64,000 nt of DNA from NCBI GenBank assembly GCA_973895155.1, contig OZ316898.1:19169292-19233291 (forward strand), written 5' to 3'. The position numbers and the translations under genes are program-made. Below the pieces are notes generated by a model, which was given only the letters and a program-made list of their open reading frames with translations, ran no database searches and had not been told where the DNA came from. This document shows, piece by piece, positions 35,577 through 48,229 of the stretch. This stretch comes from Marsupella aquatica. Taxonomy: Eukaryota; Plantae; Marchantiophyta. Position 1 is the first letter of the stretch, and each line of letters starts with the position of its first letter.

Positions 35577-38500
35577 AATGTATTTTTACCAGTAAGCACG
35601 TTTCTCTTTTTCCCACTGACTTCAGGGAACAAGATTGCCATTTATGTCGAGTGATCTCTCTTATGTGATAAGCCAGTGATATCAGGTCGGCTCGTCATGT
35701 TGTAGACTTGTCTTCTGCCTTCTATGTAGTCAGCTGCCATTGGTGTGTGCCAACTTTGATGTAATCTGTAACGGCAATCTGCGGCAGACCTAGCAAAGGT
35801 GCACACCGCCCAAAGCCACTCATTGCAGGCGTGCCAGACCTTAAGAAAAGCCTAAACCCTAACCCCGAACCCCCCTCCCGCACCCCCACCTTCCCCCGGC
35901 CGCTGCCATACAAGATAGAACGAGCTGAAAGTTAATTTTGAGAGCTAGACCTGTGGGGCAAATGGACTAGTCGTCCAACTCCAATGATCTTTGCGAGCCA
36001 AATTCAATCCATTCTCAGCCCCTCATGTTTCCAGTGCTAGTGGCAGAGCATCTGAGAAGTTGAACCTAAGTCTCTTTTCGGAATTGTGGGCTTCGTCTAT
36101 GCCATCATTTGCATCAGGGGAGGCGGGCGGCTCCGATCCTGGTAGTGCGATGCTTTTACTTTGACGGCTTCTCTAGCATCGTCACTATTTTCTGAGACAT
36201 TCATTTTGGGGAGAACTGGACCAAATGCGAGAGATGAGATAGAGGTTGAGCTTCTTTGTCAGGTGTATATAGTACAAACCATTTCAACGAAGTTGTTGAC
36301 GCGATGGAGTGACTTTGACCTTGAGAGCCGGGGATGGAATCCGGGTTCTGTCAATTTGCTGTTCGCATGTACTGTGCTTCATAGGTTCGTTTGTCATCTG
36401 AAGAAGTTTACCTTTAGATAAGAGTTGTAAGCTGATGAAAGATTTTATTGTCATTTTAGAGTTCAGAAAGCTTTGGTGTTTGTTCCAAGTGATTAGTTGT
36501 GTTATTAAAGCAAATATACAGTTGGAACCCTAGTAGGCCGCATCGGTATCTTTTGCCACTAAAAGCCTATCAAATTCATTAACGATTTTCCTAAGCTATA
36601 AGGATAAGCCTTAGTACTGTAACCTGCATTTTGACTTTGAGAAAAATCCGGAATACAAGTCGAGAATCCTTCCACGAGTACATCAAGGTTCTCACTCAAC
36701 CCAAGTCTGGAAATATTTTTGTTTGAACCCAATAGATTTCTTCTTATTTCTTTCCGTGTGCAGGGTTGGTGTCAAGGTCTTTCCTGGTTTTTATTGTAGC
36801 TTCCCGGACGCGGTTGCTCCACAGAAAATTCTAGTTTGCTCTAGAGTACTAAGAGAGTCAAACTTCAACTTTGCTTAATCCAACAATTTTGCTCAAAATC
36901 ATCGCAAAAGAATTAAGAGCTGGATACCAGTGAGGAAGGTCGTACATATGTTTGGCTGGAGCAGGCGGGCCCTTGGTGTAAAGTAGCATAGTGCGGTTGT
37001 CAACTGCAAATATTGCAGTAACTTTCAACGAAGACAGTATAGCTGAAAGCTTTCAACCGGATGGAGACAGTGAGACACTTTGATGCATACTCTTGATGGA
37101 TGACGTATTCAACTACTGTAGAAGCTGGCAAGGTTCGTCTTGTAATACTCAATGTCGGCATGCCCACTGTAGGCTTTCAGAATTTTCATCTAGACAGTAT
37201 TGTAACATTTCTAATATACCCGTGGAATGTCTTGACGGTTGTGAAGATCAGGCACTGTTTAGTAAACCAAAGAAGCTACCAGAAGGGTCCCTCGATGCTG
37301 AATATTCACATGCTGTCTTCAATGAAGTGTTCAATATTCATACTTATAGGTAATAAGTAACATTGAAAGCATATACTGTGTGAATTAGAAGCGTTCAATA
37401 TCCATAGTTATTGGTAATAAATAACACTGAAAGCAAATACTGTATGAATTACACACTGCGATACGGGGCTGACGCATGCGGCATGGGAAGGTAATGTCAA
37501 AAGTCAAGAAAAGGTACACCCTCCACTACAACACGCAACACCAGCACATCCTGGCTGAAATTTCTTGGGGTATCAGATCTGTGAGGTCTATCCATGCTGC
37601 ATTACCTTGGGACCTATCGAGATGCATGTCAAAGTAAAACAAGATGTTCTTTATTTATCACAGCGACAATGTCAATACAGCCAATTGCTGTCTGAGAAAG
37701 TCTCTTGCGTTTTACTTGAGGATGAGTTCCTCAAGCCAGAGGGTTGCGGGTCAAGCCTGGTCAGCCATTAATTAGAACTGGATGATTACGGACTACGAAG
37801 GTTCTGAATGATACACATTTGTACCACATTGGAATTGTGCAATGCTCAAAATGGATAATTTTCAAATCCTCCTCCAGAGCCTCTTCTCCTCACACATTCG
37901 AGCAGCCCAATTCGGCACAGATGTTGCACTTACGTCCAGCCAAACAGAAATCGGGATGGACTTGGGCTCCACTGCAAGAGTCCTTAAACAGCCGCCGCAC
38001 CTGGTCACTTGGGATGGCATACTGGCTCCAGGAATTGATGTTCACTATCAAATCTGTTCCCGGAAAACCTGGCAGAAGCCAGTCCGATGGAGCCCATACA
38101 TACGACTAACTTAGTGTAAGGAGGAGCTTTCAGGTGCGGAACCGTTCATAGACTTGGCGACCATCAATCCTGAAAAGCTACGCTGATTCAATAAATAAGC
38201 AAAGAGGATCCTTTTGATTTTACTTTTGGTCACGTTGAACTCTTTGCCGGCGTGCAAAAAGTTGAAGTCTAGTTTCTTGTAATCGTGTTCTTCTAAAATC
38301 ACACTGCTTCGGACTAACAATAATCCTAAAACGTAATTGTAATAAATAAATCTTAGCTCCAGTAATCCTGGAGGATCTAGCGGTTTGGATTCGATACTGC
38401 ATTATCAAAGCAGCTACTGTCGCTGTTAACCAATTTGATGACAGGCTCCAAGGGATAACAATTCGAAGTGAGCATCCTGGAAAATGAAATTTTAAATATT

Positions 38501-39172
38501 CCTGTAGTGGAAAGTTTGGTGAGAATCGTTGATGCTTCACATTACGTAAGATTCCACTAAGTCAGCTCATGCCATGAAAGTCTCCTTATATCTGCTTGAC
38601 TTCACAGCTTTCGAGGGTTTGCTGAGCTGCCTGTCCCTTTTCACTCGGACATCCCATGCACGATGCCATGTCTTCTGTATTTTTCCGGCCAATGTTGCTT
38701 CTGACAGACGTCACACATCAGTTGAGATAACCGTGGGTGGTTCTCACGTACACATCCATTCACGGTAATCCGATGTTGAGTCTGTTTATTCAACGCTTGC
38801 CTTCAGTGTTTCTCACTTAAAAAGAACCATCTTTGCCAAGATTCGCCATAATTCTCGAAGTTCCTTCTTTGTGGTCAACTAATCATTCGGTTGTCTACAG
38901 TTTATTGAATCGTCAAGTATTGTTACAGGTGAACTGTAATATGCATCACATCGTCATGTCAGTCTCTCGAGTCAACACACTAAGTGAGGTAAGTGGTACC
39001 CTGCCTGGTCCACTTCTATTGTGCCGGCCTGGTGGCTCCGTCCACTTGTCCAACTTCATACAACAGATTGGGTAGGAGAACTATATGAAAGCTGAGAGTT
39101 TCAAGTAGTGGAGTGCCAGTGTCCAGCTGATTGTAGAACTTAAGACATTTCCATTCTGAGTGGCGGGCTGCC

Positions 39173-39289
39173 ATGGCATCTGATTCATTGCCATCACTGA
39201 ACGGCACTGCAGGAGCTGCAAGGAAATCACGGGACAATGGTCTCGAGCCAATCGAGTTTAACCTTGGGAAGGGTCTCCAACTGGACAGG

Positions 39290-39325
<36 letters not shown>

Positions 39326-42305
39326 GCGGCGGCCACAGCCTTCGAGACTCCGGTGGAGACTTATGCTGACCTACCCAAGGTCCCTGACGACTTTGTAATC
39401 AAGGACCCAAGAAAAGTGCCCAATAGGTGCTGGGGCGATGACGATGAGAGCAAGCCAAATTTCGAATTCCCGACTTTTGACATCTCCTCATTGATGAAGC
39501 CAGGAGCCGACCACCAGCAACAATCGGAGGATTCAGAAGCTTCAAAGAGAGTATTGATAGGAGAAATCGGCAGTGCTTGTGAGCAGTGTGGCTTTTTCCA
39601 GGTCCGACCATGTAGTTGTGTAAATTCAATCTAATCATCTGCTTCCCAGCTTCCATCTTATGCGTTGCCGCGAGTTTTGAGAGAATATGTCATTTGTAAC
39701 CACTGACGATGTTTGCAGCCCGCAAACCCAGTTTTCCGTTCACCTTCTTTTTAATCAAACTACTGTAAATCTTGCAGTACACTGTTTAGCGCATATAGTG
39801 TGGTCCACACTTTCATTTGCGACACTAATATGTGAAAAACACACTGGTCAAGCGTAACGAATGACATTAGTAGGAACTGTTAGATGAGAGACAGCAAAGA
39901 GACTACTTACAAAATCAAAGGTATCCTGATTGTGTCGATTTTAATTTCAGTGCTCCAACTAACTCAGGCACCGACACTAAATGCGTTGAACAGGACTGAG
40001 CATCAATTTCAGACAGTTCGAACTCATACTAATGCATTAGTAGACTTCTAGGATTTTTCGGAGAGTCAGTGAATTATTGGACCACTAAGTATTTCCTCCC
40101 CCGATTTCCTCTAGCGAGTGATGAAGGAGAGGTATGAACATCCTTTAACAGTGACAATAGCTATGTAGAGCAGTTAGCTACACTGTCCACCGTGAATAGT
40201 GTGGCACCAAAACTAGATGACTCACACTAAATTGTGTGAAAAACATTTTCTAACCTGAATCACACTAATTAAGTATGTTAAGTCACACTATTTAGTTTGT
40301 ATTGAGAGTCTCGAGTCTCAGTTTCATGCCTTGATTGTCAGTGTGCAGTCTTCAAGGTGAACAAACTCAGTTAGTGAGACTAAAAGTGTGACTTCTTGTG
40401 AACTGTAATTACTATGACACCTGAAATAATGTGTTTTTACACTATTTTATGTGAGATTGTGAACTGTAATTAGTGTGACACCTTTGACACCTGGAATAAT
40501 GTGATTCACACTATTTTATGTGAGATATAAAATTGAAAGGGCTACGCAATTAGTGTGACAGTGTAGCAAGTCGGTTCGACTCAAATTCAGAGGAAGCCAT
40601 TAATAACTTGATCCATGCCTTGTTGCACCATCATGGGGTGAATGCAGGTCGTGAATCATGGAATGCCCCAGATGTTGTTGGATCGTGTTCTTGAGGTGTC
40701 CTATGAATTTTTCCAGCTGCCCCTGGAAGAAAAGCTCGTCTACTCAGTGAGAAATGGGAAGACCGAAGGCTATGGAAGGTTGGATTTCTTGAGCGGTGAT
40801 GTCCGTTTCTGGGACGACGCCTTTCGCCATCATGTCCGACCCAAACGAGCAATCGAGAACGACCGAATGCCAAACAAGCCCGCAGCCTACAGGTACGTAG
40901 TTAAGATCGAGCAATCTACAATCCAAAAAGTACAGAATTTGCTTAGAGTATCTGACATTCATTGGGATGAAAGCCGCAGATCATTGAAGGCAACTTGGCA
41001 GTTCTGTTAACTTCAAATGGCATGTAAAAGAGGTCATGATGCCCAGACTGGCATCTCGTTCTGTCCTCAGATCAGTGATAGACAGAGTTCTTGAAGCTGT
41101 GGGGATTTTATATATTGTCCACAGATCAGTGATAGAGGAGTACACTCAAGGGTTGGAGAGAGTTTTCGAAGCTGTGGGAAGATCCCTGTCGCTGTACCTA
41201 GGTCTCGAACCAGATGCTCTTCAGAAGGCACAGGGGGATGATCTGCATTTGCTCCTTCGACTCAATTATTATCCCAAGTGCGCCGAGCCAGAGAAGGTAT
41301 TGGGAGTAGGCGCCCACAAGGATTTCGGGTCATTGAGCGTATGTTTGCAAGATGAAGTGGGCGGTTTGCAAATACAGCCGCGCGGCACTACTAGATGGCT
41401 GGATGTCAAACCCAAAAAAGGTTCACTGCTAGTCCAAGTCGCTAACCAAGTTGAGGTAATTATCCCTCTCTTCTACCAGCAAATGATTCATACATCAAAT
41501 TTGGAGAATGCCGAGTGAATTTGGTATCTGCGATTATTCCCTCCAAGTCGATTCTTAGAGCTACTCAATTGAGAATTTCCGATCATAATTGCCAAGTACT
41601 GAGCTAGCGCGCCAACAAGATTGGTACAGTAGCCAGCCAAGATCGACTTTGCACAGCGTAAATAAAGATCAATTCTAGGAGGCTGGTACTGGCGAATCCG
41701 ATCTCGGGACTCATCTCCTGAATTGTAGATTCTCTAGACTTGCATTCCTGGACCCATCGATGTAGAGACTGTGACGCAGAGATATAGGATATACAAGAAA
41801 ACTTGTGTCAGTAGTGCCCATCCTTGCTCAGACAAAACATTTCCACAGACTATTAGAACTTGAAACCATCAGCTGTCGCCAATTTAGTACACCCCACTGC
41901 ATGCAGCATACGGCTCGGCTAGAACTTGGAGCTGAATTGACTTAGAGGCTCCAAGCAATATTAAGAGGCCACACAGGATGGATACCTACAATAGCGATTA
42001 GGCTGTCTACATATTAACTGTATGATCTTTTGTTGCAGATCTTAAGCAATGGGAAGCTGCACAGCCCAATGCACAGGGCTTTGGTCAATCGGCACAGCTC
42101 TCGTCTCAGCGTTGCCGCTTTCCTCACCCCAGGCCCGAAGTGCATAATCTCTCCCATACAGGAGCTACTGGAGAAAACCAACCAGGCTCCACGTTACACG
42201 CAGCTTCTGTATGGAGATTACATCCCCAACTTCCAAGAAGATGTCATGGCACGGAGGCATCCCCATGCTCGTTATGAAATCAACCCCAATGATTTGAGTA
42301 GTTGA
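39173..42305 (+). CDS. 2-oxoglutarate/Fe(II)-dependent dioxygenase (DOXC class, ~423 aa)
   Basis: Exons 39173-39601, 40648-40892, 41125-41455 and 42039-42305 are phase-consistent. Motifs ACEQCGFFQVVNHG, RLNYYPKC, HKD, distal H (MHRA) and RLS. Confidence 0.93.
39293..39334 (+). repeat. (GCA)n/(GCG)n microsatellite encoding a poly-Ala tract
   Basis: 14 consecutive Ala codons in exon 1 of the dioxygenase. Confidence 0.95.
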
Positions 42306-42518
42306 TTTGATACCCAAATCTAGCAATTCACCCTGCAGGAGCACGGTGCCCCGAGAAAGTAATTCCCACGGATATATGTTTTATATGGGTCTGTTCTATG
42401 TTCAGTAGTAATTTGAGTTTATCTCCCAGGAAGGTTTTCTATGTTCAGTAGTAATTTGAGTTTATCTCCCAGGAAGGTTTCGCATTCCTGACGAATGATT
42501 TTAGCAAGGGTGCCACGG

Positions 42519-42706
42519 ATAGTTATAACGATAATTATATTATTATATTATAATATGATGGTGATAATAATATATTTTTTCTATGTTTCCACCAAATAAA
42601 TAAAATTTGTTAATAAATACTATCAAATATTATTTAATTTGTTTTTTTGGTGGAAATATAGATAAGTTCATTACTATTATTGTCATTTGATAATTTTATT
42701 GTGAAA
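42519..42706. mobile_element. AT-rich hairpin MITE downstream of the dioxygenase
   Basis: CTATGTTTCCACCAAATAAATAAAATT is inverted relative to AATTTGTTTTTTTGGTGGAAATATAG; CCACG is present at both flanks. Confidence 0.5.
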
Positions 42707-44749
42707 CCACGAATGGGGAATCAAAATAAATAAGTCAATAATTATTTCATGACTCGTGTAGTCCAAGGTCAAATGATTGCTGTAGGAATTGTTAAATTTC
42801 ATTTTCACAACTCCATTAGCACTAAAGCTGAGCATGAATCAGAAATATATCCATCAGAAATGTATCCATCAGAAATGTATGCAGCTATGTCACGGACTAG
42901 TCCCTGAACCTCTTGAATGATGAATATTACTATCCATTAAGAGCTTTCTATTGATGTATCTAGTCTTCCTCAATAATATGGAGAATATATTTGAAGTACA
43001 TGTACCGGTCGACTGCTAGATTCTGGACATTCTCGATACTTGAGTGTATCTAACTAAAGTCTCATGTAGACTATGTTTGTTGTTGTCCCATAGCGAAAAA
43101 TCCGTGCAGCAGACAGATATGCAGGATTAAGAAGCACTTTCGTTTCCCTCGCAAAAGATTTAAACTCTACAGCATTTGCTAGGCAGATGCTTCAATCGGA
43201 CTCTCATCCAGCAGACTTAACTTCAAGGCGAATATCTCGCTAGTACAATTTCGTATTAATTTGGCACTTTCCGAATTCGTTACATTTTCGCTCTGGTAGG
43301 GATTAGCTGTTGAGACTAACGCCTTGATTCTAAGGTATCACGCTAATGGGCGATTTTGCCGCTACTTCATGGTTTACGACATTAAAGTTTATTAACACCG
43401 AGTTTTTCTTAGAGGATGCTCCCAAGTACGTTAAATGAAATTTCACTTCAACAAGCTACACTGCGGTCAGGAAGTCAGAAGTCTAGGGACTGAAGGGTCA
43501 GGAACTCATGCAGAAGTGTTGGGACAGAAATGGAAGTGGGAATTTGAGGCTAGCCGACTGTTGCGGCGACGCAAACTTCTGAAGGTTGAAAAGCCAGGAG
43601 AGACGTTGGAGATAAAACGGCCAAAGTTCTGATGGTTGAAAATGAGAGTCGTTAGAAATGAATCGGGCACAGTCATGCAATTCAAGTATCGCTCGATCGG
43701 TACTGTAGTTTGCAAGCAAGCCTTCCCGTGAAGTGAGGTCAAAAGTCCACTCATGCAGCTCCCACACAACCTCAGCCCTTGAATTTGCTCGCTTACGGGC
43801 ATCATCAGTTGTGCAAAGCGATCCAGCTCTGAGATTCCACAATACCATGGCTCCATCAACAGCAATAAGCCACCCCTTCACACAAGTAACGCCTTAATTG
43901 CTAGCCTTTTAGTCCCAATTCGACACAAAGTGCATGTGGACTGGGAGTCGACGCCAAACAAGCTGTAAGTTGGTCTCAATTTCACGAGTATTGACATTTG
44001 ATCGCGTATGAGTGCGCAATGAAGCGGAAGACACTATCAGGGAGACACTGCGCACTGAAGCGGAAGAGAGCTATCCCTGCGCTCTCTACCTCCAGCTCCT
44101 CTCCCATATCTACTGTAGAAGAAGCTCGCGGCAAGGGGACGACTCCGCCCTGGTGTTCATGTACGACTAGTCCTCCATACTTGACCGACACAAGTAAACC
44201 GAAATTGTGCCGCGGCCTTCTAAAGAGAAGAAAGCCTGGGGGCACTTATGAGCTTATAGGCTTGAAGCATGCAAACTAGAGGGGCCGGCAGGAGCTCATT
44301 GTGGGCAAAGTCCTGCACATAGCAGGACAATAATACACCGCCCAAACCCATCGTTGCCAGTCCAAGGGAAATCGATTTCAGGTCACCCACATTGCAGAAT
44401 GATGAAACAACGGGAGACAAAGCCCGATTGAGAGTGCCAAAAGAGATCGGTTGTTTCCAGAACGAAGTTGTTGAGCCAACAGCGGAGATTCACTTTATCA
44501 GAGAAAAACGACGATCAGGCTCATTTGTTCTCCTCAGAGACAGACTGCCTCCCTCTGTCCCTCCTTTTATGTGTCCCTACTTTTACTTCAGATCATCGAC
44601 GACTCGGCGAATTGAGGATTCTGGAATTATGGACTCCAGACTCGAGACTCACCACAAAAGCACAACAATACTTCTGACTTCTACTTTCAGTGCCACTTTG
44701 GAGACTGGAAAAAGACCTGTCCCTAACTACTTCTTATTATTATACAGAA

Positions 44750-45107
44750 CATGTGCACTGATTGAGGGTGGCTTTACAAAAACGTGGGCCATTGTGGCAC
44801 TTCTTATTTTCCAGCAAATGTGCACTCTCAAGCACCTGGTTGTGGGTGGCTTAACAAGATGGTGGGCCATAGTGGCACTTCTTATTTTCCAGAAAATGTG
44901 CACTCTCCAGCACCTGGTTGTGGGTGGCTTATCAAGGTGGTGGGCCATAGTGGCACTTCTCATTTTCCAGCAAATGTGCACTCTCCAGCACCTGGTTGTG
45001 GGTGGCTTCACAAGATGGTGGGCCATAGTGGCACTTCTTATTTTCCAGCAAATGTGCACTCTCCAGCACCTGGTTGTGGGTGGCTTTACAAGATGGTGGG
45101 CCATAAT
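44750..45107. repeat. 78-bp minisatellite (~4.5 copies)
   Basis: Unit GTGGGCCATAGTGGCACTTCTTATTTTCCAGCAAATGTGCACTCTCCAGCACCTGGTTGTGGGTGGCTTCACAAGATG. Confidence 0.95.
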
Positions 45108-46931
45108 GCCTTCTTTTTTCCGTCTAAAAATGAAATCCGGACGGCACAATGAGGGGGGGAAGGCTAAGTATACAATTGGCTTCAGAGGGATGATAGGGCT
45201 TGTCAAACACCCCTATAACTCAAAAACAGCTCAGGACATCCAATGCTTTTATGGTGAGGACAAAATAGCTATGGGCTACCAAAATAGTAACCCATAAGGG
45301 TGATAGGTCCAAAAAACTTACAGCCATAACACTTTGCTTATGGGAGAACTTAGGCATGCCCTAATGAGCTATGGTGTCCACCAATCCTAGGTGGCGAACA
45401 TGTGCCCCAAGGAGTATTTATTTTTTCTAGAATTTTACCTTTGTAGATCTACTCCAAAGGTTGTAGTAAACATTTACAATTTTTGGCTAATTCATTCAAG
45501 AATTTTGCATTTCTTAAAACGCCTATTAAACTCATTTCAAAAGATCTTTGGTGGTTTGGAGATAGTCAAAGCCCAAACTAAACCTTGATTGAGAACTTTA
45601 CTGTGAATCCCAGATGGACTGGAGCCAAGTACACAGTTTCTCAGATACTCTTGTTTATATAATATTTATTTACTTATTTAAACTCTTGTTTATATTTCTG
45701 TTCGTCCAAAAGGTAACCTGTACATGCTCGATTAGATCACCAGTGACTGCAAGTTTCCATTCATTCTCCAGGTAACTTTGTCCCTCTCAAGTAGATTAAG
45801 CATTTCACCTTTTACTCACAACACCTCAAGTTTGGTCAGGGCTATAAATAAATAAACTCAATTTCACAGAGGGCGGCGCAGTATCCTATGCAATGACTCA
45901 AGATTCTAAAGCATTGATCTTTAAATTGCAAATTGACACTAAAACCTTACCGAGTGTTTGTGGAATCTTGTTTTATAGAGAGAGGTGCTCTTCTTATAAG
46001 GAGCACTCTGAGTAAGCTGCACAACAAGGCCAGCATTGGGCATGAGATGTTATTTTGTGAGCTTGTCCTAGAGTGGGCATGCAGCCAGAGTGTTTCCTTG
46101 CAAACCCTATTAGAATAGCCCTTCCTGCCAGTATGTAAAGGGGGTATAAACATTGTGACAGCAAATAAGTAAAAGTTACTGGTAACAGCAAATGGGTGAT
46201 AATTTTTTTGGAGATTTTTTTTAGATTTTGTTTTTGTAACACCTAACCAGAAAAAAAAACAAGTGTAAAACAAAAACAAAGGACAAATAAAAAGATAAAA
46301 GTGTCAAACACTACATGAGAGCAAACTCAATGACTAGTGTCCACATTGGAATATGTGACAAGAGCTAATGGGTGACATCCAATGTCCTAACCAAATCAGC
46401 AAGTGGGACAGGAATGTACTCAAGGGGGGCTAGCTTCCGTGGGGGCACAGTGGTGCCCACTATGAGGGATCGATGATAAATGGCTCAAGCCTAGGCATGC
46501 TATAAGGCCACTGAAATGCACTGACCAAAGTGTGAGGTCAATATGGATAGTGGAGGTCCAGAGGAACCCATCCGTCCGTGAATATCATGAGCAGCCTGTT
46601 GAAGAAGGCCAATTGATGATGAAGTTGCCCAAAGATCTCAATAGCTAGGGGGAGAAAGGTATAAGATGAAGCTCGAACGACATATTTTGCCTCCTTTGTC
46701 GAGGCCGCCCAGGATGCCGCTACCCCTACTGTTGTCGCCGCTATCTTAATGAGGTCCTGACGCAAAGGGTTTGCCACCATAACATCCGCCAGGCAAAGTA
46801 CGTTGACCATCATGGACCATGGTCAAATCAACCCACAAGGGCTGTGGGGGAGGACCAGGTAGCTCGAGCATCACCTCCCGTCGCACGTGTACCAAAGACT
46901 CACAGAGAACCTGAGTAATCTATAGCATCTC

Positions 46932-47931
46932 GAGATATATGCTTGATGGGCCCCCTGGTGAACTTTTTTTACCTAATGGGCCCCTAGGTAACTTGTTTTA
47001 CCAAGTAGGACCCATCTTAATGACCAGTACACCTGTTCTTGTGTGATGCCTACACCTGTCCTTGTGTGGTGCCTACTATGTATGGTGACTCCAAGCAACT
47101 GCACAGTTGAACCGTGCGGTCAACCTTGCATGGTCGACCGAGAAACCACGGAGATGATTCGAGAGAAACCACGAAAAGCGACTGCCGCTGTCAAAACTGC
47201 GATTTGAAGACAATATGCATTATGTCTTCGGATTCACTGGGTTAATGCCTGAAGACACAATGGATTATGTCTTCGGGTTCAAATTTTTACCGTATCGTGG
47301 GGTAGTTATTAGGTATGTTTTTCACGTTGTGCACATGGGTTTTTCACGATGTTTTCATGCACGACTGTCAGCGTCAGTGTGGGTACCTCCAAATGTCCAC
47401 AAAGAATATTCAAGTTCAATGTTCAGAATTTGCCTACTGCCGCCACAACAAAAATTGGCAAATGATTGACAATTGTGCTAAAAAATGGTAATACTCCCCT
47501 GTGCAATGTATACAAACAATTTCAAAAGAAGACAGACCCAAAGGTGTTGGGGTACACTCTAAACCCTAAACCTTGAAACACGGGAAGACATAATCCATTG
47601 AGTCTTCAGGCATTAACCAATTGAATCCGAAGACATAATGCATATTGTCTTCAAATCATAGTTTTGACAGCGGCAGTTGCTTTTCGCGGTTTCTCCCGAA
47701 TCATCTCCGTGGTTTCTCGGTCGTGCGACCATGCAAGGTTGACCGCACGGTTCAACTGTGCAGTTTGCTTGGAGTCACCATACATAGTAGGCACCACACA
47801 AGGACAGGTGTAGGCACCACACAAGAACAGGTGTACTGGTCATTAAGAGGGTTCCTACTTGGTAAAAAAAGTTACCTAGGGGCCCATCAGGTAAGAAAGG
47901 TTCACCAGGGGGCCCATCAAGCATATATCTC
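46932..47931. mobile_element. Non-autonomous Mutator-like element (MULE), 1000 bp, ~345-bp TIRs
   Basis: GAGATATATGCTTGATGGGCCCC ... GGGGCCCATCAAGCATATATCTC, with a perfect 10-bp TSD ATAGCATCTC (46922-46931 and 47932-47941). Confidence 0.95.
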
Positions 47932-48004
47932 ATAGCATCTCTCATAGCATCATGAACAACTTTGGTTTCGTCTCAGGGGCCTCAATCCAAGGGATGTCCC
48001 ATAT

Positions 48005-48229
48005 CACGCGCAAAGTTTTGAGAGAATAAACACCCTAAAATTTAAGTTAATAAAGTATTTTTACCCCTAACTTAATGGAATATTCCAAGAATATTCTCAA
48101 ATTTTATTTTAAAACCCCTATGATTTTTACAATTCTCAAAATTGGATTAAAGTAACCCTAATGTTCTTCAACAAAAATTTAAAAGTATTTCACTAAACTC
48201 AATAAAAAACCTATACTTATTCGCGCGTG
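48005..48229. mobile_element. MITE of the same family as 6866-7096 (opposite orientation)
   Basis: CACGCGCAAA ... TTCGCGCGTG flanked by AT on both sides. Shares the GGAATATTCCAAGAATATTC core and collinear similarity with 6866-7096. Confidence 0.8.

Noticed and set aside
35850-35900. Telomere-like AAACCCTAA and C-rich run
   Set aside because: Only 1-2 units; not an interstitial telomeric array
43435-44420. Cluster of 65-127-aa ORFs on both strands
   Set aside because: No recognisable motifs or consistent exon structure
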